Part shown: piece by piece, positions 17,773-25,676 of the stretch
Layout: the number at the start of each line of letters is the position of its first letter
Numbering within the stretch: position 1 is the stretch's first letter
Source of the DNA: Bdellovibrionota bacterium FG-2
Lineage (GTDB): Bacteria > Bdellovibrionota > UBA1018
Direction: 5' to 3'
DNA length: 39,415 bases
Assembly: GCA_051382305.1 (NCBI GenBank)
Contig: JBBCAV010000338.1
Coordinates: forward strand, 1-39,415
The notes under the pieces: model-generated
The model's database searches: none
The model's input: the letters and a program-made list of their open reading frames with translations, nothing else
What the model was told of the DNA's origin: nothing
Position numbers and translations under genes: made by a program

Positions 17773-18236
17773 GTGCAAAAAACGAAGTCTCCTCGAGCTC
17801 GAGGATGAAGCAAGCGTTGACCCTCGCGGAGCAAGCGGCTTCTGAAGATGAGGTTCCTGTTGGCGCGCTTATTATCAAAGACGACCAAGTGATCGGCACC
17901 GGTCGAAACCGCAGAGAAGCAGATCAAGATCCTTTGGCGCATGCCGAAATTCTCGCGATCCGCGAAGCCTCGCGCAGCCTGGGTTCGTGGCGACTCCTTG
18001 ATTGCACGCTTTATGTCACGCTTGAACCTTGTCCTATGTGCCTCGCGGCTTGCCAACAAGCTCGAATCGGAAAGGTTATCTATGGAGCGAAGGATCCGAA
18101 AGGGGGGGCTCTCTCCTTGGGGTTAGCGCTTCACGAGGATTCACGAACAAATCACCGCTTCGAGGTCGTATACGAAGAGGATTTAGAGTGTGGCGCGGTT
18201 TTAAGTCGGTTTTTTAAAAAAAAGCGAACTTCATGA
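17757..18236 (+). CDS. tadA: tRNA adenosine-34 deaminase
   Basis: EVPVGA, AHAE, LYVTLEPCPMC and DPKGG motifs; the start may be the downstream ATG (MKQAL). Confidence 0.9.
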   Translation: MVPQIGAKNEVSSSSRMKQALTLAEQAASEDEVPVGALIIKDDQVIGTGRNRREADQDPLAHAEILAIREASRSLGSWRLLDCTLYVTLEPCPMCLAACQQARIGKVIYGAKDPKGGALSLGLALHEDSRTNHRFEVVYEEDLECGAVLSRFFKKKRTS

Positions 18237-19826
18237 GTTCTTGTTAGGGAAAAAACTCATCGCTCGCTCGGTCATCGCGGTGATCGTCAGACTGGGGTTC
18301 ACTCCCAAATTTGCGGGGATCACACTTCCATCGCAAACCCACATATTCTGATAACCAAAGACTTCATGGCGAGGATTCACGACACCCTCTTTTGCTGAGG
18401 CGCCAATTCCGCAACCGCCCAAAATATGAGCCGTGGTTGGAATATTGAACAACACTTCATTGACCGCGCTTTGGGGAATCCCATTAACCTTCTTCGCAAA
18501 GAGCCGCGCAACTTTATGACCAATAGGAATATAGCTCGGCACAGGTTCACTACCGGGCTCTGGAGAAGTCACCATTGCTTTTCGAAAGCCTGTAAAGAGA
18601 TTTCGTCCTAACCGAAAGCGCATCCGATTATCGAGGGTCTGCATGACGAGTAAAATCACGGTATTATTAGCCCATTTAAAATTAGCAAAGAGCTTGAAAC
18701 ACATCATCGGATTTAAAAGCATGAGCCAAAGGAGTTTAAACGGTCGAATCCACGGGATTCCTCCCTCGGTCATAGGAGCGGCTAAGAGTTTCATAAAGCT
18801 TGAGCCCTTAGGATAACGGACCGGCTCAATGTGCGTATGATCATCCGGATGAAAGATCGAAGTGATGGCAACCCCTTCACTATAATCATGATCTTCTGTG
18901 GCGCCGGGTTCCGTGACCCCAAGAAGCGTTTCACTATTGGTTCGAATGCTATCGCCCAATTTATCAGAAAGACGAGGGAGCGAATTTGAAATATTTTTAC
19001 ACCGTAAAAGCAGATCGACCGTTCCTAGAACGCCTCCTGCAAGAATAACTTTTTTGGCTTTAACCGAAGCGCGGTTTTTGAAAAACCAGGCCGTCGAAGC
19101 TTCTGTGACAAGCTCATACCCCTGCGCGCCGTCTGCCGAAAGCGGTTTCACATCGACAACATCGATCTCGGGGATAATTTTTACCCCTAATTTTTCTGCA
19201 AGATAGAGATAATTTTTCTCCAACGTATTTTTTGCGCCATGGCGACAACCCACCATGCACCCCCCGCAATGAATACACCCTTTTCGCATAGGCCCTTTTC
19301 CAAAGAAAAAGGGGTCGGGAACCTCTTTGCCAGGTTCACCAAAAAACACCCCCACGTCGGTCATATGAAACGTATCTTCTCGTCCGAGTTCTTTCGCACA
19401 CGCCTGCATCACGCGATCGACGTAGGTGAGCTTTGGGTTTTTGGTAACGCCCAACATTTTTTTTGCGGTTTCATAATGCGGATCTAGCTCTTTTTTCCAA
19501 TCCGCGAGCGCCTTCCAAGAAGGAGAGTGAAAGACATCATCACTGGGCTTCAAAAGAGTGTTGGCATAGACAAGACTTCCGCCACCCACGCCTGCGCCAC
19601 TCAAAATAAAGACGTTCCTAAAAAGTGTGAGTTTTTGAATTCCAAAACACTTCAAAAGCGGCAACCAAAGATATCGCCGCGCATCCCAATTTGTTTTAGG
19701 GAAATCTTCATCTCTAAATCGCTTGCCCCGTTCTAAGATACAAACGGAGTAGCCCTTTTCCGCAAGGCGTAGCGCCGATACACTTCCCCCAAAGCCCGAA
19801 CCGACAATGACGAAATCATATTCCAT
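18231..19826 (-). CDS. GMC-family oxidoreductase (cholesterol oxidase ChoD-like)
   Basis: GSGFGG FAD motif, GVGGGSLVYAN, CIHCGGCMVGC, TAHILGG and GVNPSLTI; start at ATG 19826. Confidence 0.9.
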   Translation of the reverse strand: MEYDFVIVGSGFGGSVSALRLAEKGYSVCILERGKRFRDEDFPKTNWDARRYLWLPLLKCFGIQKLTLFRNVFILSGAGVGGGSLVYANTLLKPSDDVFHSPSWKALADWKKELDPHYETAKKMLGVTKNPKLTYVDRVMQACAKELGREDTFHMTDVGVFFGEPGKEVPDPFFFGKGPMRKGCIHCGGCMVGCRHGAKNTLEKNYLYLAEKLGVKIIPEIDVVDVKPLSADGAQGYELVTEASTAWFFKNRASVKAKKVILAGGVLGTVDLLLRCKNISNSLPRLSDKLGDSIRTNSETLLGVTEPGATEDHDYSEGVAITSIFHPDDHTHIEPVRYPKGSSFMKLLAAPMTEGGIPWIRPFKLLWLMLLNPMMCFKLFANFKWANNTVILLVMQTLDNRMRFRLGRNLFTGFRKAMVTSPEPGSEPVPSYIPIGHKVARLFAKKVNGIPQSAVNEVLFNIPTTAHILGGCGIGASAKEGVVNPRHEVFGYQNMWVCDGSVIPANLGVNPSLTITAMTERAMSFFPNKNS

Positions 19827-19866
19827 CTCTTTTTTATAGCATGACCCCAAACAAGGTTGTACCCTC

Positions 19867-20349
19867 TTGTTATATATGATGAACGCATCTAATCCTTCGC
19901 TCCATTTTGCCAGTTTATCGTTTAGCGCCTCGGTGGATCAACAAACCGGAAGTCTTTCGGTTTTTGACTTGCTGGAGGAAATTAGAACGCCGCAACTGCC
20001 CATCCAGATTCCGACACTCGTCATTTCTTTGGCGCTTCAAAAGCCGGGTATTGAAAGATTCGATGGAAAAATCCTGATCCACTTTTTTAATCCCGAAGGC
20101 AAACAACAGGCTCTTGGATCGGGCGAACTGCGCATCCCCCCAGAACAGCGAAGAATGAAGGCGGTTTTTCGCCTGGGCGGGTTTCCGATCAATCAATTTG
20201 GCGCTCACCGTTTTGTGGTCTCGTGGATTAACGATCAGGGGACGAAAGTGGGCGAGGCTCTCTTAGATTTTGACGTGATTCAAGTTGCGCAACCTCCTGG
20301 CCAACAGCCGGGGCCTGCTGATAGTGGGAAACCTCCGATGACGCATTAG
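19867..20349 (+). CDS. Hypothetical beta-rich protein (possibly DUF6941-like)
   Basis: Full-length ORF filling the intergenic space; pattern D..TG.LS...F......LP; likely start ATG 19876 or 19879. Confidence 0.6.
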   Translation: MLYMMNASNPSLHFASLSFSASVDQQTGSLSVFDLLEEIRTPQLPIQIPTLVISLALQKPGIERFDGKILIHFFNPEGKQQALGSGELRIPPEQRRMKAVFRLGGFPINQFGAHRFVVSWINDQGTKVGEALLDFDVIQVAQPPGQQPGPADSGKPPMTH

Positions 20350-20358
20350 CGTCGGGTG

Positions 20359-21224
20359 CTAACGTTTGTAGTTTCTGGGCGACGGGTCAATCACTCCAGG
20401 GCCAGTTGAGTTTCCATATCTAGGGTTGATGATTTGATAGGGCCCAGGCCCGGATGTGCCTGGTTTTGGAATCGGGGTCAGGTTCTTTTGAAACTTCGAT
20501 GAGCTCATGCTATCAAGAAACGCGTCTGCACAATAAGTCGCCCCTACTGACTCGATTAGGGCCGGACTCTCCTTACCTTTCTGGTTTTTCGCTTTTACCG
20601 ACCATTTTGAGACAAAGTTCCCATTGGATAGAGGAACCGCACACTTAGCGTCGTACTGAAGGTCCTTCGCAATGCCACCCGCACAAGATTTCACTTGGGT
20701 TCCAATCACAACGAGATTCGCGGCCTGGCATTTTGCGACTTGCGCTTCGAATGTGAGATTCAATTTCGTATCACAACTTGGATCCCAAGTTTGAACGAGC
20801 AGACTTGCTTCAGAGACACTCGAATTCTTGGAAATCAATTTCGGAACCATTGGCAATGCCGTGAGAGAACATGCGGCCTTAGTCCCCCTTCGGTTTCGAG
20901 GGATATTTTTATGCTCGCATATGCGACTCCAGCCGCACCTTCAGGCATTAGATTCCCGTCGTCAGTCACCATGACGGTATTGGGTTCAATGTCGGCATCA
21001 AGATTAGCTTGAAATGAGGTTTGGAATTTAAATTTCTCAGGCCCCTCATTCCATTGCTGAAAAGCCGCTAACGCCTCTTGCGTAAAAGGGTCTTGAGGAG
21101 GAAAGGACTCGGTTGAGAGCTTAAAAAGCGGAGACACACCTTTGCACCATTTTCCGAGAAAAATTTTCCCAGCGATGCTGGTTACTACGTTTCCTACGTT
21201 GAACTGGAAGAGATATGAGCAGTA
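20359..21224 (-). pseudogene. Frameshifted, 5'-truncated gene for a probable secreted Cys-containing protein
   Basis: Two overlapping frames (20835-21224 open without ATG; 20359-~20920) that a 1-nt indel near the C5 run at 20884-20888 would join. Confidence 0.5.
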
Positions 21225-21717
21225 TTATAGCGCTCTACAACGGCAGGCGATCGAGCGCACACTGGATAATCCATCGGCGTTTTCCCTTGTTGCAGGACTC
21301 AACGCAAAATTGCCGCTGATTGAGGTTTTGCCTCTTTTAAAGGCTGTACGGGAGTATATGATTGCTAGTCACGACACGGAGCTTGCGACAAACGCAATGA
21401 AGCTTTCGGCACTTATGCGCAGCCCCGCAAAACAAAACTCGATGCTAACTTAGGAACCGTTTTGGGATGCACTCACCGATGCCTATGGCCAACAACTTGG
21501 AAAGTCCGCTTGGATCACTCTTCACGGTGAGACAGCTTTTCCCGCAGAGCTTCAAGCATCATTTAAGGTTCACATGGACGAGGAGCGTGGCACGAAGTGG
21601 ATGAAAGCATACAAACGTGCGCAAGGTGAGGTCACAGGAACTTGCGATCGGTCAGAGGTGGATCGCCTGGTTCGTGAAGAACGGGCCGTTTTTGAAAAGA
21701 GAAGAAAATCGATATAA
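21142..21717 (+). pseudogene. Hypothetical gene fragment with an in-frame TAG
   Basis: After TAG 21451-21453 the same frame stays open for 87 codons (EPFWDALTDAYG...KRRKSI) to TAA 21715-21717; no good start or SD. Confidence 0.6.
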
Positions 21718-21720
21718 TTA

Positions 21721-23160
21721 CTAAAAAAAACCGACCAGATTAATTTCGTTATCTATCGTGCCAATATAGTGTTTGTTCCGTTTCGATGGGAACGGAGTCA
21801 CAAGGGTAACGAAGATGTGTTTTTTCCGCTTTAGATTAGCGAGAAGCTCTCTTTTACGGGCTCTTATTTTTTGCATTTCGCTTTGACTCATTACGAAGGG
21901 CGAGAAAGTATATTTCATTTCGCAAAGATTAATAGCCTTGTCTGGGCGGTCAATGATCATATCAATCTGAACTTTCTTGTTCTGGAAGCTGAGCACTTGC
22001 GTCGCTAATCCAGAAACGCCAAGCGCGTTAGTAATTTGTTTCGCATGACTTAGGCAGAGATTTTCAAATGCATACCCCAGCCAGGCATTGTATCGAGGGG
22101 TCCCGACTTGTTTCTCCCAATAGGTTTCGTCCCGAAACATTCTGCCAAGTGACTCAACCCAAGCAAGATAAAACAGCGTATATTCATCAATGATACGAAA
22201 CACCCCATCCCGTCTTTTCTTTTCTAACCTGGGTATGAACTGAATGAACTCCGACTTCTCTAGCTCTTCTAGAACTTCTGAAAAGCCTCCGCCTTTTTCC
22301 TTTTTGAGCTTCTCCAACATCTGGGAAGTGGAAAGCCCCGCCCGATTCTTGGCGAGGAGCCGAATGACCTCAACATGCTTTTGATGATCATCAAAAATGG
22401 ATACAAAGAGACGGTCAAATTCCTTCCTGAGTTCTCCATTTAGAGAAAAGAAACTTCGATTGATAAATTGAGTAGCCGACTCCCCTCTTTTGACTTGATC
22501 GAGATAGTAGGCAACTCCGCCAGTCGCCATGTAAATTTCCGCAATTAACTCATCACTTAATTCGATCCCGTGCTTTTCTCGCAAGTATTCTTTCGTTTCT
22601 TTAAGTGAAAACCGTGACAAAGCAATTGATTTTGTAATTCTATTATGAAGTCCGCCCTTGCTATTTATAACCTTTGAAATCATCCAGCTCGCTGCAGAGC
22701 CACAAATCACAAGAACAATATCTTTTCTTTTTGTTGCATACGAGTTCCAAAAATAGTCGAGGGCTTCCAGAAAACCGGATTTTCGCGCGGCCAACCACGG
22801 AAGTTCGTCGAAAAAGATTACCTTTTTGAACGAAGAATCTCTCTTATGGTTTTCGAGGACCTGAGTCAAAAGTTGGAAGGCGTCAGTCCAGGTTTCCGGC
22901 TTGTCCTTGATCCTAATTTTGAACACCCTGCTTAGTTCTTCCGCGAAGTTTTTCAGCTGCGTTTTCAGGCTCCCTTTATGCGTCCCGACAAACTCGAAAT
23001 AGAATGGGTGGTCCCGGAAACACTGCTGAATCAGATAGGTCTTTCCGATCCGGCGTCTCCCATAGATAGCAACAAACTCAGAGCCACGACCTTTATTTAG
23101 ATCGTGTAAGACTTTATGTTCTTCAATTCGCCCGATAAGATCCGCATTTTTTGACATCAT
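21721..23160 (-). CDS. AAA-type (ATPase_2/DUF234-like) ATPase with winged-helix region and C-terminal PD-(D/E)XK nuclease-like domain
   Basis: YGRRRIGKT, FFDELPW, ICGS, TGG and C-terminal QIDMII...LCEMK motifs. Confidence 0.85.
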   Translation of the reverse strand: MMSKNADLIGRIEEHKVLHDLNKGRGSEFVAIYGRRRIGKTYLIQQCFRDHPFYFEFVGTHKGSLKTQLKNFAEELSRVFKIRIKDKPETWTDAFQLLTQVLENHKRDSSFKKVIFFDELPWLAARKSGFLEALDYFWNSYATKRKDIVLVICGSAASWMISKVINSKGGLHNRITKSIALSRFSLKETKEYLREKHGIELSDELIAEIYMATGGVAYYLDQVKRGESATQFINRSFFSLNGELRKEFDRLFVSIFDDHQKHVEVIRLLAKNRAGLSTSQMLEKLKKEKGGGFSEVLEELEKSEFIQFIPRLEKKRRDGVFRIIDEYTLFYLAWVESLGRMFRDETYWEKQVGTPRYNAWLGYAFENLCLSHAKQITNALGVSGLATQVLSFQNKKVQIDMIIDRPDKAINLCEMKYTFSPFVMSQSEMQKIRARKRELLANLKRKKHIFVTLVTPFPSKRNKHYIGTIDNEINLVGFF

Positions 23161-23173
23161 ATATTCTATACCA

Positions 23174-23263
23174 CGCCCTATCTCAATTAAACTATGAGAT
23201 AGGGCTAAATATACGTTATATCTCGCCCTATCTCAATAAAAACACAACATAGGGCAAGATATA
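23174..23263. repeat. Two tandem palindromic units (50-bp period) upstream of the ATPase gene
   Basis: cgccctatctcaat at 23174 and 23224. Inverted repeats: gccctatctca-N9-tgagatagggc (23175-23205) and tatatctcgccctat-N17-atagggcaagatata (23217-23263, 14/15). Confidence 0.85.
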
Positions 23264-23312
23264 AAATAATTGCCAACAAAATAAAAAAGATGCGCTTAAT
23301 AGTTTACAGCTT

Positions 23313-23702
23313 TTAAAGCAGCTTCTCTGCTTCCTCGGGACTCAAGCTCCCACTTGCTACCGCGCGCAGGATCGTGAGGCGAGCCTCCGTTTCGGTCATT
23401 TCTTTAGATGGGGGATCTGTCTTTGCTTGCTGAAGTATTTCAGGAGCCACCGGCTCTTGCGCGCCGACATCCACACCATGCATGGCGTATTGAAGTGCCG
23501 CAAGTTTTTCTCTAAAACCCGGAGGCAGCTCTTTTTCAAACAGCTCTAATTCTTTTCGAACATCAAAGCCTGCCATCATATTGTGCATGAGTCCTTGGAG
23601 ACGTGCGAGCTGATCAGGTGTTAGTGATCGCATGACCTCAGAGATCTGCGCAAGGAGTTTGGGGTCCATTTTGGAGGGATCGGGCATTCCACCGGGAAAC
23701 AT
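23313..23702 (-). CDS. Hypothetical helical protein with a SHOCT-like C-terminal motif
   Basis: Met/Pro-rich N-terminus and C-terminal RLTILRAVASGSLSPEEAEKLL; 14 nt downstream of the methyltransferase. Confidence 0.7.
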   Translation of the reverse strand: MFPGGMPDPSKMDPKLLAQISEVMRSLTPDQLARLQGLMHNMMAGFDVRKELELFEKELPPGFREKLAALQYAMHGVDVGAQEPVAPEILQQAKTDPPSKEMTETEARLTILRAVASGSLSPEEAEKLL

Positions 23703-23716
23703 AGGAGTCTCTCTTT

Positions 23717-24409
23717 CTATTCGCGCTGCAGGCGAATGACAAAAATTTCTTTAGGGACTGGGGTATCAAACGCCTCAAGCACTTCGGTTTGTCCCTTAAA
23801 GCCCAAGACGCCCATCTCATCCGAAAATGCCTGAAGATAGGGACGCGCGGGGTCTGCAATGATGGCCAATCCACCTTGCCTCACCGTCTGAGCCACCACT
23901 TTCGCAACTTGCTTGGTGTGCTGAAACTCGTACAAAATATCACTTCCCATCACCCAATCAAACGTCCCGAGCGCTTCAGCGCTTTGGCGCCAATCGGCGT
24001 GCACATATTGAATCAGGGGGGCAGAATTTAACGCTTTGTTTTTCTCCAAAAACTTTGGAACTTCTGGATGAAAGTCAGCGGCCGTGATCTCCGCACCCAA
24101 ACGTGCCGCCAAAAGGGAAGGGACGGCCAAACCACATCCCAACTCAAGTATTCGTAGACCCGAAAGGCTGCCACCCCTACGACCCGCTTCATAAACAAGC
24201 GAATCCGATAGCGCACGGGCCGATGGCCACACCACACCAAAATAGGGGCAAAGATCTTCTAAAAGACTCGTGTCGCCCGTTTTTTCCAACAGACTAAAGA
24301 GCGCATCAATCGTTTCGTTAAGGTCCTTTAAGCATTCAATTTCAACCCGATGATTGCCAAACTCTTCGGTTTGACGTTTGAGTTGATAGGGGAGTGGGTT
24401 AAGAGACAT
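23717..24409 (-). CDS. Class I SAM-dependent methyltransferase (Methyltransf_16-like)
   Basis: PYFGVVWPSA, LELGCG, GSDILYE and ADPAR motifs. Confidence 0.88.
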   Translation of the reverse strand: MSLNPLPYQLKRQTEEFGNHRVEIECLKDLNETIDALFSLLEKTGDTSLLEDLCPYFGVVWPSARALSDSLVYEAGRRGGSLSGLRILELGCGLAVPSLLAARLGAEITAADFHPEVPKFLEKNKALNSAPLIQYVHADWRQSAEALGTFDWVMGSDILYEFQHTKQVAKVVAQTVRQGGLAIIADPARPYLQAFSDEMGVLGFKGQTEVLEAFDTPVPKEIFVIRLQRE

Positions 24410-24425
24410 CTTAGGGATAACTTAT

Positions 24426-25676
24426 ATGAAAAACTTTCGACATTCACTCTCTTTCCCACTCTCTCTGTCACTCACTCAGTGGATTTTTGTGGGGCTGTTT
24501 TTGGGCTTTGGAATTGGCGTCTTGTGCCCTTCCTGGGTTCCTGCCATTAAGCCGTTTCGCGGACTGTTTTTAAACGGGGTGAAGTGTATTATTGCACCCC
24601 TTATTTTTTCAACCCTGGTCACCGGAATTGCGGGTGCAGGGAGCTTCAAAGAGCTTGGAAAAATGGGGCTACGCGCCTTGATCTATTTTGAGGTCGTCAC
24701 CACGGTCGCACTCTTTGTCGGTCTTGGGGCCGTCAACCTCTTCCGCCCAGGCGATGGTTTGCGCATCGGGGGCATCTTACCCGATGCCGCAGCCAAAGCT
24801 GCTGGTCATTCGGTGAGTTTTGCTGGGTTTATTGAGCATTTGCTCCCCACAAATATCGCGGATGCGGTGGTTCGGGGCGATGTTCTTCAAATCGTAATTT
24901 TTTCCACGCTGTTTGCGCTTGCCACTTTGGCGGTCGGTGAGCGCGCTCGTCCCGTGGTCGCATTTTGTGAAGGCCTTTCTGAAGTGATGTTCCGTTTTAC
25001 AGGATATATAATGTACCTGGCGCCGCTCGGCGTAGGTGCCGCAATGGCTGCAAGCGTGAGCGAGCATGGTTGGCAGGTTATATTCCCGATGATGAAATTG
25101 GTCGGAACTCTTTACCTGGCTCTCATCGTTTTTGTGCTTCTGGTTCTCTTCCCGGTGTGTCGGTTTTTTCACATTCCTATTATTGCGTTCATCAGACAAA
25201 TCAAAGACGCTGTGTTGCTTGCGTTTGCGACAACTTCGAGCGAATCGGCCTATCCTCTGGCGATGAAGTCTTTGGAGGACTTTGGCGTTCCGAGGCGGAT
25301 TTCTAGCTTCGTTTTTCCGCTCGGATATAGCTTCAATCTCGATGGATCGACTTTATATCTTGCTCTTGCGTCTGTTTTTGTCGCCCAGGCTGCTGGAGTG
25401 GAACTCTCCTTTGGACAGCAAATTCTCATGATGCTCACACTGATGCTCACCACTAAGGGTGTAGCTGCCGTGCCGCGTGCGTCGATCGTGGTTTTGTCGG
25501 GAACGCTGGTATCGTTTGGCCTCCCACTTGAGGGAATTGCGCTTATCTTGGGCGTTGATGAATTTATGGATATGGCGCGAACGGCCGTCAATTTACTGGG
25601 AAACTGTGTGGCCACGGCCGTGGTTGCGCGCACGGAAGGGATCGTATTAAAAGTTGGCGGAGACCGGCCCTATTGA
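24426..25676 (+). CDS. Dicarboxylate/amino acid:cation symporter (GltP/DctA family)
   Basis: AFATTSSESA, GYSFNLDGS, KGVAAVPRAS and DMARTAVN motifs. Confidence 0.93.
   Translation: MKNFRHSLSFPLSLSLTQWIFVGLFLGFGIGVLCPSWVPAIKPFRGLFLNGVKCIIAPLIFSTLVTGIAGAGSFKELGKMGLRALIYFEVVTTVALFVGLGAVNLFRPGDGLRIGGILPDAAAKAAGHSVSFAGFIEHLLPTNIADAVVRGDVLQIVIFSTLFALATLAVGERARPVVAFCEGLSEVMFRFTGYIMYLAPLGVGAAMAASVSEHGWQVIFPMMKLVGTLYLALIVFVLLVLFPVCRFFHIPIIAFIRQIKDAVLLAFATTSSESAYPLAMKSLEDFGVPRRISSFVFPLGYSFNLDGSTLYLALASVFVAQAAGVELSFGQQILMMLTLMLTTKGVAAVPRASIVVLSGTLVSFGLPLEGIALILGVDEFMDMARTAVNLLGNCVATAVVARTEGIVLKVGGDRPY

Noticed and set aside
17757-18236. TadA lying 9.5 kb from its substrate tRNA-Arg(ACG)
   Set aside because: Separated by many unrelated genes; most likely coincidence.
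21451-21453. Pyrrolysine or stop-codon readthrough at the in-frame TAG
   Set aside because: TAG is a normal stop in many intact genes here, no pyl genes are present, and neighbouring DNA is also decayed.
23174-23263. Possible mini CRISPR array
   Set aside because: Only two short units, the intervening sequence is part of the palindromes, and no cas genes are in the window.
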